Assembly (NCBI GenBank): GCA_027858855.1 | Contig: JAQIBV010000021.1 | Coordinates: 2,816-66,815, forward strand | DNA: 64,000 nt | Direction of reading: 5' to 3' | Source: Spirochaetota bacterium | GTDB taxonomy: Bacteria > Spirochaetota > UBA4802 > JAFGJZ01 | In this document: piece after piece, positions 1 to 7,315 of the stretch | Layout: the number at the start of each line of letters is the position of its first letter | Position numbering within the stretch: the first letter of the stretch is position 1 | Notes under the pieces: generated by a model | Seen by the model: only the letters and a program-made list of their open reading frames with translations | Database searches by the model: none | Told to the model about the DNA's origin: nothing | Made by a program: the position numbers and the translations under genes

Positions 1-1031
1 CGCCTACAGGCACTGGTGAATCACCACTGGCCGCCATCGAAGAGTGGGTAAATACCGACTGCCCTGTCTGCGGTTCACCTGCAAAACGCGAAACCAACAC
101 CATGCCTCAATGGGCCGGCAGCTGCTGGTACTACCTGCGCTATATGGATCCGGAAAACGACCAGACTCTTGTAAAACCGGAAGCACTAAACTACTGGGGT
201 GATGTAGATCTTTATGTAGGAGGAGCTGAGCATGCAGTACTTCACCTGCTTTATGCCCGCTTCTGGCACAAAGTATTAATGGATTGTGGAGTTGTCTCTT
301 TCAAAGAGCCCTTCAAAAAGCTGCGGAACCAGGGTATGATTCTGGGTGAAAATAACGAAAAAATGTCGAAATCCCGGGGTAATGTCATAAATCCTGACGA
401 TATTATAGCCGAATTCGGAGCAGATTCACTTCGCATGTACGAAATGTTTATGGGACCTCTTGCAGCCGATAAACCGTGGAATACTAACAGCATCTACGGT
501 GTTAAAAGATTCCTGGAAAAAGTGTGGCGTCTTCAGGAACGCATCGAAACGGGAGCACAATTAAGCGATAATACTGCAAAGCTGACACATAAAACCATCA
601 AAATAGTCACTCAAAAAATCGATAACCTGGACTTTAACACAGCCATAAGCCAGCTTATGATACTAGTGAACACCCTTCAGAAAGAACCTTCGGTTCCACT
701 AGAAACATATAAAACCCTTTTACAGTTATTACATCCCTTCGCTCCCTTCATTACAGAAGAGCTTTGGGAAATTCACGATGGCACGACTACCATGTTGAAA
801 ACAAGCTGGCCTCAACATAACCCTGAAATGGCTGTTGACGAGGTAATTACAATTGTTTTCCAAATAAATGGTAAAGTACGCGCCCGGGAAGACCTTCCAG
901 CTGACATCGACAAGGCTACAATGCTTGAAAACGCAAAAAATAATGACAAAATTAAACAATATCTTGACGGAAGAACTATTATAAAGGAAATTGTTGTTCC
1001 TGGGAAACTTGTTAACATTGTTATCAAATGA
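1..1031 (+). CDS. leuS: leucyl-tRNA synthetase, C-terminal part (5' end outside window)
   Basis: Reading frame of ORF 102..1031 is open back to position 3; upstream residues ...CPVCGSPAKRETNTMPQWAGSCWYYLRYMD and the KMSKSRGN signature plus C-terminal anticodon-binding region are classic LeuRS. Confidence 0.9.
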   Translation, partial: PTGTGESPLAAIEEWVNTDCPVCGSPAKRETNTMPQWAGSCWYYLRYMDPENDQTLVKPEALNYWGDVDLYVGGAEHAVLHLLYARFWHKVLMDCGVVSFKEPFKKLRNQGMILGENNEKMSKSRGNVINPDDIIAEFGADSLRMYEMFMGPLAADKPWNTNSIYGVKRFLEKVWRLQERIETGAQLSDNTAKLTHKTIKIVTQKIDNLDFNTAISQLMILVNTLQKEPSVPLETYKTLLQLLHPFAPFITEELWEIHDGTTTMLKTSWPQHNPEMAVDEVITIVFQINGKVRAREDLPADIDKATMLENAKNNDKIKQYLDGRTIIKEIVVPGKLVNIVIK

Positions 1032-1078
1032 TTTCAACCCACTCAGATTATTTTAATTTATTTTGAATAAATTTCTCC

Positions 1079-1117
1079 AACGTTACAGATAACAGTTTTT
1101 CTGTTATCTGTAACGTT
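1079..1117 (+). terminator. perfect 17-bp inverted repeat hairpin (aacgttacagataacag ttttt ctgttatctgtaacgtt) 50 nt after leuS stop; probable leuS terminator or structured element
   Basis: Seen directly in sequence; U-tract after stem is weak (tattaatctctttt). Confidence 0.5.
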
Positions 1118-1254
1118 TATTAATCTCTTTTGGCGACTTCGCTAATTTATTTTAACAATAATCCGACAATAATAATAACTTTTTCTGAATATTATTTGAC
1201 AAGGATTATGTCTCATGTCATTCTTAGCAAAAATATAGATACAGGGTTACTTCA

Positions 1255-1431
1255 ATGAAAACTAAAATGGTTCCAACAGAAATTTATTCACGCGTCGTAG
1301 GTTACTACCGACCTGTCAACCAGTGGAATAAGGGCAAACAGTCTGAATTTGCTGATAGAAAAGAATACGATATCAGCTCTATAACCCTTGTATCTGAACA
1401 AGAAACTGTTCACGCGGCTATCGCCGTTTAA
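1255..1431 (+). CDS. 58-aa stand-alone glycyl-radical-loop protein (NrdD C-terminus-like), below ORF-track size cutoff
   Basis: ATG at 1255, TAA at 1429; translation MKTKMVPTEIYSRVVGYYRPVNQWNKGKQSEFADRKEYDISSITLVSEQETVHAAIAV. The RVxGY...WNxGKxxE...DR pattern is the glycyl-radical loop of class III ribonucleotide reductase NrdD. Upstream 220 nt is stop-rich non-coding in all frames. Confidence 0.45.
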   Translation: MKTKMVPTEIYSRVVGYYRPVNQWNKGKQSEFADRKEYDISSITLVSEQETVHAAIAV

Positions 1432-1468
1432 TCAACTTCTCTAAAATTGGCTGAATTTGATCATCAAT

Positions 1469-2218
1469 TCAGCCAAAACTTAACTCTTCATTCAAATCAG
1501 AATACAACTTTGTTACATATTCAGATGCCTGTACTGCCGCCTGATATGGATTAGTTTTTTTAGCCATGTAAATAGCGGCAGCGGCAGCCATTGCACATCC
1601 GGTTCCGTGACGATAAGCAATGTTCCAGCGCTCTTTTGTTATTGTGATAAGTTCACTTCCAGCTATGTATTCTGTTATACTATTATCATCATTGCAATCA
1701 TGGCCTCCTTTAATATAAAAAAGAGGTTTACCACAGTAAGTCTCTATCAAGTATTCTGCCATCTGAAGAGTTATTAAACTTTCAATATTAATAATCAATC
1801 TCAGCTCTTCAATGTTTGGAGTCACCAGCGTCGCAAGTGGCATCAATTCTTTAATGAAATAATTACGCATTGCCCCACTGTAAAAGGGGTCTCCACTACT
1901 TGGAGCAAAAACCGGATCAATAACAACCGGCACACCTGTCTTTCCCAGCAAATAGTTTTTTACCATTTTCATCTGTGAAAGAGTCATAATTGCACCGATC
2001 TTAATTGCCGCGCAGTCAAACTTTGCCGAGCAAGATAGCTGATCGGCAAACATTGAGTCGCTCACAGGCTCGGCTGAAAACACACCGCTGAAGGTTTGAG
2101 CGGTTACCCCACTGACCGTCGAAACAGGCCAAACCAAATGGCTATACGCCACCCGCAGGTCCTGCTGCATCCCAGCTCCGCACGACGAGTCTGTTGCCGA
2201 TATAAAATGAATATACAT
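1469..2218 (-). CDS. thiD: hydroxymethylpyrimidine/phosphomethylpyrimidine kinase
   Basis: 249 aa; ...DSSCGAGMQQDLRV... ribokinase-like ThiD motifs; last gene of thi operon. Confidence 0.85.
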   Translation of the reverse strand: MYIHFISATDSSCGAGMQQDLRVAYSHLVWPVSTVSGVTAQTFSGVFSAEPVSDSMFADQLSCSAKFDCAAIKIGAIMTLSQMKMVKNYLLGKTGVPVVIDPVFAPSSGDPFYSGAMRNYFIKELMPLATLVTPNIEELRLIINIESLITLQMAEYLIETYCGKPLFYIKGGHDCNDDNSITEYIAGSELITITKERWNIAYRHGTGCAMAAAAAIYMAKKTNPYQAAVQASEYVTKLYSDLNEELSFG

Positions 2219-2219
2219 T

Positions 2220-3479
2220 TTACTGTTTCAACGCACACAGAGAACCGCACATTGTACAGTAATCCTTTTCTCTTGATTCCGACTCATCCCTTCTTTTTTT
2301 TGGAAGTTCAGGATCAACAGAACAGGCATACATATTTTCCCAATCAAGATTCTTGCGAAATCTGGTCATCTGTAAATTTTTGGAATAGGCACCGGGAACA
2401 TTTTTAGCAACATCTCCTGCCTGCGCAGCAATTATACTCGCCACTACACCTTCGCGCACATCATCAACATCTGGTAGTGTCAGATGTTCAGCCGGTGTTA
2501 CATAGCAAAGAAAATCAGCCCCATGCCATGCCGCAACCGCTCCACCAATAGCAGCAGTAATATGATCATAACCCGGAGCACAATCTATAACCAGTGGTCC
2601 CAACACATAAAAGGGAGCCTCTCTGCATACCTTTTTTTGAATTTCCATATTAAACGGAATATCCTGAATCGGCACATGCCCTGGGCCCTCTACCATAACC
2701 TGCACATTACGTTCACGACATCGCTCTACAAGACGCCCCAATACAGAAAGCTCTTTTAGTTGCAGATCATCCGTTGCATCGGGCATCCCTCCCGGTCGCA
2801 GGCCATCCCCCAGACTGATAGTTACATCATAACGCATGGCTATTTCCAGAAGCCTGTCAAACTGCTCATACAGAGGATTGTCTCTACCTGTCTCTTTCAT
2901 CCAACGCCGAGTCAACGAACCACCACGACTAACAATTCCAGCCACACGATTATCTGGATTACAAAACTCAAAGGTTTCTCTGTTAACGCCGCAGTGTACC
3001 GTCATGAAGTCGACTCCCTCTTTAGCCTGTTGCTCAATTGCAGCAAAAAGTCGCTCTCCATCTATGTCTTTAATTGAGCCACCATCACGAACAGTCTCTG
3101 CAAAAACCGCATACAAAGGAACTGTCCCAACCATTACAGGCGAGTTCTGCAAAACTTTATTTCGCATACCGTTCAGGTCTCCACCAATAGAAAGATCCAT
3201 CACGCTATGAGCACCATATTTTACGGCCGTTTGAAGTTTAAGCATTTCGTTTTCTATATTATTGCAATCAGGAGATGTACCAATGTTTGCATTAACTTTT
3301 GTTTTAAGCCCTTTCCCTACGGCCTCTGCACTAAAACTACGATTAATATTTTTCGGAATTACTATTTTTCCAGCAGATACACCTTCGCATATAAATTCTA
3401 CTGAACGCTGCTCCTTCAAGGCAATCTCCTTAATTTCCGGAGTTACCTCGCCCTTTTTCACTCTATCAACTTGAGTCAT
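2220..3479 (-). CDS. thiC: phosphomethylpyrimidine synthase
   Basis: 419 aa; highly conserved ThiC core and C-terminal CTMCGSLCALK Fe-S cysteine motif. Confidence 0.92.
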   Translation of the reverse strand: MTQVDRVKKGEVTPEIKEIALKEQRSVEFICEGVSAGKIVIPKNINRSFSAEAVGKGLKTKVNANIGTSPDCNNIENEMLKLQTAVKYGAHSVMDLSIGGDLNGMRNKVLQNSPVMVGTVPLYAVFAETVRDGGSIKDIDGERLFAAIEQQAKEGVDFMTVHCGVNRETFEFCNPDNRVAGIVSRGGSLTRRWMKETGRDNPLYEQFDRLLEIAMRYDVTISLGDGLRPGGMPDATDDLQLKELSVLGRLVERCRERNVQVMVEGPGHVPIQDIPFNMEIQKKVCREAPFYVLGPLVIDCAPGYDHITAAIGGAVAAWHGADFLCYVTPAEHLTLPDVDDVREGVVASIIAAQAGDVAKNVPGAYSKNLQMTRFRKNLDWENMYACSVDPELPKKRRDESESREKDYCTMCGSLCALKQ

Positions 3480-3480
3480 G

Positions 3481-4098
3481 CTATCCCCTCAGAAGAGATG
3501 AATAAAACGCAATCTCTTCTTCAATATTTTTAGATTTAACAACAGCTTTGATCATCGCGATGTTACGCACGCCGGTTTCAAGAACATCATCCACATTGGA
3601 GCGATTAATCCCACCTATGGCTACCACTGGACATGAAGCTTTTTGAACAACAGTTTTTAGCGCTTCACACCCTACAGCTGCATCCGGTCGTTTCTTTGCA
3701 AAAGTTGGATAAACCGGCCCAAATCCGATATAATCGGGATTTTGGGTCAATGCTTCTTCAGCCTGTACAAGTGTATGTGTAGATAATCCACAGATAAGAT
3801 TCGCTTTATCATCATAGATAGAACGAGCCATCTTCAATGGGATATCATCTTGACCAAGATGATATCCATCAACACCCGCGGCTAAAGCAATATCCACCCG
3901 ATCATTAATTATTACCTTTGTCTTACTATTTCGGGTTATTGAAAGCATCATACTTAAAGTTTCGAGTAGTTGTCGGTCTGAAAACCCCTTTTCCCTTAGC
4001 TGAATCATACCAACCTGATACTTAACACAAAGTTCGGTAATTCTTGAAACAGGGTAATCCGGATCTGTAACTATTACATAAAGCCCGAGGTCTTTCAT
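3481..4098 (-). CDS. thiE: thiamine-phosphate synthase
   Basis: 205 aa TMP-TENI family; MKDLGLYVIVTD N-terminus; 2-nt spacing to neighbours. Confidence 0.88.
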   Translation of the reverse strand: MKDLGLYVIVTDPDYPVSRITELCVKYQVGMIQLREKGFSDRQLLETLSMMLSITRNSKTKVIINDRVDIALAAGVDGYHLGQDDIPLKMARSIYDDKANLICGLSTHTLVQAEEALTQNPDYIGFGPVYPTFAKKRPDAAVGCEALKTVVQKASCPVVAIGGINRSNVDDVLETGVRNIAMIKAVVKSKNIEEEIAFYSSLLRG

Positions 4099-4100
4099 AT

Positions 4101-4871
4101 TTACAACTTTTCCATAATCAGATTTGCAACCTTACGGCCGGACATAAGCATTCCGCCGAAAATCGGTCCCATCCGAAAACTTCCGCTTACTCCGTTCGCA
4201 GACATTCCGGAAACATATAATCCCGGATAAACCTCTTTTGTGTTTTCAATTGTAGTTCGCTCCCCCTCTTCTACAGACAAAGAACGCTCTCCCATAACAG
4301 AGCCAGTAGGTGTATCCAGCTTTATGCTGTTTTTTCGAGCCAATGTTGACACTATTTCGCAGGGGTGACCGGTTCCATCAAGAACAGCTTTTGCCCGTAC
4401 TACAAGAGGATCTACATGCATTCCAGTATTAACAATCGGAGTCCAGTTTATTACAACTCCGTTAACATTACGGGTTTCACTTTGTACAACAACATCTTCA
4501 ACCTTCATCCCATTAAAGATAACCGCACCGGCCTGCATAGCTTTGAATATTAGCGCCGATGTAGCCTCAACTGAATCGAGTAGAAGATTATTCTCATCAT
4601 ATTCAGTATAACTAATACCGAACTCTTCAATAATATCGAGCGCCTCTTTTTGTACCATAATCTGGTTAAAGAGCATTGCTCCGCCCCACATCCCCCCGCC
4701 GGGTGCAAGCTTGGACTCGTAAAGCGCAACCTTTTTACCCGCTTTCGCAAGATAGTAGGCAGCCGTAAGCCCTGAAGGCCCGCCACCGACAATGGCAACA
4801 TCAATATCAAGATTATCTTCAAATTTTAAAAAGAAAGAGCGAAGAATTCCACGTGAAACAGTAACTTCCAT
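4101..4871 (-). CDS. thi4: thiazole biosynthesis enzyme, Thi4 family (archaeal/eukaryote-type thiazole synthase)
   Basis: FAD-binding VAIVGGGPSGLTAAYYLA plus Thi4-family core; ORF track starts at a TTG (4904) but the ATG at 4871 has a perfect SD (AAGGAGG, 8 nt spacer) that is part of the riboswitch expression platform. Confidence 0.85.
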   Translation of the reverse strand: MEVTVSRGILRSFFLKFEDNLDIDVAIVGGGPSGLTAAYYLAKAGKKVALYESKLAPGGGMWGGAMLFNQIMVQKEALDIIEEFGISYTEYDENNLLLDSVEATSALIFKAMQAGAVIFNGMKVEDVVVQSETRNVNGVVINWTPIVNTGMHVDPLVVRAKAVLDGTGHPCEIVSTLARKNSIKLDTPTGSVMGERSLSVEEGERTTIENTKEVYPGLYVSGMSANGVSGSFRMGPIFGGMLMSGRKVANLIMEKL

Positions 4872-4937
4872 TTTTGTATCCTCCTTGGATAAACCGGAGG
4901 ACAATGCAGTGAAAAGAAAGAGGTTTAAAACGAAGAT

Positions 4938-5015
4938 TGTCTTTCCCTACGCTGGCATTATCCAGATCAGGTTCTGCGGGTTTAATCTCAGCCCCTTTCA
5001 GAGCACCCCGGTAAA
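4938..5015 (-). promoter_or_regulatory. TPP (THI-box) riboswitch in 5' leader of thi4-thiE-thiC-thiD
   Basis: Minus-strand RNA reads ACCGGGGUGCUCUGAAAGGGGCUGAGAUUAAACCCGCAGAACCUGAUCUGGAUAAUGCCAGCGUAGGGAAAG, matching the universal GGGGUGC...CUGAGA...ACCC...AACCUGAUCUGGAUAAUGCCAGCGUAGGGAA consensus. Downstream CCUCC(4895-4899) can pair with the thi4 SD GGAGG, giving a translational OFF switch. Confidence 0.92.
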
Positions 5016-5036
5016 GAATTTTTCTTTACAAGTTCA

Positions 5037-5063
5037 TTGATAGTCATTTCACTTGAGAGTCAA
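5037..5063 (-). promoter_or_regulatory. putative sigma-70 promoter of thi operon (TTGACT-15nt-TATCAA)
   Basis: Minus-strand TTGACT and TATCAA hexamers about 20 nt upstream of riboswitch start; spacer a bit short. Confidence 0.3.
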
Positions 5064-5316
5064 GCAAATATCATCTGATAATTTCCCTAACCTTTCATAA
5101 AATTAGCATTACTAACAAAACCCCTTTGTTTTTGTACAAACATCTCTATAAAAATTGTTTTTATGTTTCCATAAGTTTAAACAAATAGACACAACCAATG
5201 TATTGACATCTAATTTACAAAGAATCATTGACAGAGTACTTCGAATTATTACCCTTTTAATTTAAAGGACATTACTTATGAAGTTTTGTTTTAGGAATTT
5301 TTAGTGTTGCTAATGT

Positions 5317-5360
5317 GGATTAAGCTTATGTAGACTTAATAGCCTACATAAGCTTAATCC
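5317..5360. repeat. perfect 17-bp inverted repeat ggattaagcttatgtag-N10-ctacataagcttaatcc between divergent thi and trehalose operons
   Basis: Seen directly; 17/17 complementary arms, 10-nt loop; candidate operator or RNA stem-loop. Confidence 0.6.
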
Positions 5361-5476
5361 AAAGTTTGGCTATTTTTGTTATGCAAGAACCTGTGTTTAC
5401 AGAAATACCGACACTTGCTTCCAGTTAATAATTCATGAATTTATTTTTTACTACAATATTAATTTAACGAGGCTCC

Positions 5477-7315
5477 ATGACCAGTGAAAACTTAAACTAC
5501 GGTGTCGTTGGCAACTGCCAAAGCGCGGCTCTGATCTCTATTGACGGATCGGTAGAATGGCTCTGTCTACCACACTTTGCTTCATCTTCAATTTTCGCCT
5601 CACTCCTTGATACTGAAAAAGGAGGATGCTTTTCAATTAAAATGAACTTTCCCTTTTCTGTACAACAGAATTACGAATACAAAACACCTATTTTGCGAAC
5701 TACATTTACATCACATGATACCAGTGAATCATTTGTAATTACGGACTTCATGCCCAGATATCTACACGCTGCACGCGGATATCATCATCCTCCAGAATTA
5801 GTTAGAATAGTAACCCCTTTAAAGGGCACCCCCTCTGTCACAATCAATCTTTCACCTGCTCTTAACTACGGTCAACATGAGACAACGATAATTGAAGAGG
5901 CGGCTTTTCTTAAAATGTACTCACGAAACGGCAAATATGATTCCGCCTACCTCTATTCCAATCTATCGAACAACATTGATATTATCAATGGAACACACAG
6001 CTTAGAAAAGGAGCTCTATTTTGTTCTCTCTTACAATCAGAAATTAATCACTCCCAGCCTCGAAAAAGCATATCTTGAGTATTATCGTACCAAAACGTAC
6101 TGGCTTGACTGGGTTGAAAGACGAGAGTGGCCTCTCAGATACATCGAAGAAGTTATCCGCAGTGCCATAACTATTAAATTGCTTACGTATCAAAAAACCG
6201 GTGCTATTATCGCAGCCGTCACAACCTCTCTTCCCGAAACAATTGGCGAAGAGCGCAACTGGGACTACCGTTTCTGCTGGATCCGGGATGCATCCATGAT
6301 AATCAGTATACTGACCAAACTGGGTGACAATGGTAGTGCCGAACGCTTTCTAAGTTATATTATGAAAATCATTCCTCATAAAGATGAGATGATTCAGATT
6401 ATGTATGGAATCTCAGGAGAAAAAACCCTTACAGAAACAGAACTTCCCTGGTTGTCGGGCTATCATAATTCTAAGCCGGTTCGCATCGGAAATGCGGCAT
6501 ATGAACAGAAACAAAATGATATTTATGGAGTATTACTTGATGTTATCCTGAAAAATTTCTATTATTTCAGTATCAACATCGATCAAGGAGAACATCTATG
6601 GACTATCGTCCGGAATATTGCACGCATCGTTGAAACACACTGGGAAGAACCCGACATGGGAATCTGGGAGTTTAGATCTCAGAAACAAAATTTCGTATTT
6701 TCTAAAGTACTTTGCTGGGTCGCCATGGATCGTGCTGCTCGTATAGCGGAGTTACTTGAACAACGGAATTATGAAAAAGACTGGAGAATTTGTGCTAAAA
6801 AAATAAAAACTGATATAGAATTACGTGGATGGAATGATAATCTTCAAGCCTATACTCAATCATATGAGAACACTGCTATGGATGCATCAAATCTTCTTAT
6901 GTGCGATTATGGTTTCGTGGAACCCGATAACCCTCGATTTAAATCAACAGTGAAAAAAATCCGCGATAATTTATGTGTTAACGGGCTTATGTATCGATAT
7001 AAAAACCAGGATGACTTTGGTATGCCTAAATCTTCTTTCACTATCTGTACTTTCTGGTTAATAAAAGCTCTATATAAAATTGGAGAAAAAAAAGAGGCTA
7101 TTTCTTTATACGATGATATAATTAAACATACAAACCACCTTGGCCTTTTAAGCGAGGATATGGATTTTTCTACAAAGCGTTTGTTAGGTAATTTTCCTCA
7201 AGGCTATTCTCATCTTGCATTAATTGATGTTGCCTGGGAAATCTCTAACGATGCATTATCTAAAGAGGGTCGCTTTATACACTCTCTGGACAATCCCCAT
7301 ACGGAGGCATTATGA
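5477..7315 (+). CDS. glycoside hydrolase family 15 protein (glucoamylase/trehalase-like)
   Basis: 612 aa with GH15 N-terminal beta-sandwich and (alpha/alpha)6 catalytic domain signatures (WDYRFCWIRDAS); overlaps otsAB start by 4 nt (ATGA). Confidence 0.85.
   Translation: MTSENLNYGVVGNCQSAALISIDGSVEWLCLPHFASSSIFASLLDTEKGGCFSIKMNFPFSVQQNYEYKTPILRTTFTSHDTSESFVITDFMPRYLHAARGYHHPPELVRIVTPLKGTPSVTINLSPALNYGQHETTIIEEAAFLKMYSRNGKYDSAYLYSNLSNNIDIINGTHSLEKELYFVLSYNQKLITPSLEKAYLEYYRTKTYWLDWVERREWPLRYIEEVIRSAITIKLLTYQKTGAIIAAVTTSLPETIGEERNWDYRFCWIRDASMIISILTKLGDNGSAERFLSYIMKIIPHKDEMIQIMYGISGEKTLTETELPWLSGYHNSKPVRIGNAAYEQKQNDIYGVLLDVILKNFYYFSINIDQGEHLWTIVRNIARIVETHWEEPDMGIWEFRSQKQNFVFSKVLCWVAMDRAARIAELLEQRNYEKDWRICAKKIKTDIELRGWNDNLQAYTQSYENTAMDASNLLMCDYGFVEPDNPRFKSTVKKIRDNLCVNGLMYRYKNQDDFGMPKSSFTICTFWLIKALYKIGEKKEAISLYDDIIKHTNHLGLLSEDMDFSTKRLLGNFPQGYSHLALIDVAWEISNDALSKEGRFIHSLDNPHTEAL

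Noticed and set aside
1032-1254. NrdR box or riboswitch upstream of the small glycyl-radical ORF
   Set aside because: Only a weak ATATA-centred partial match to the NrdR palindrome; no second box
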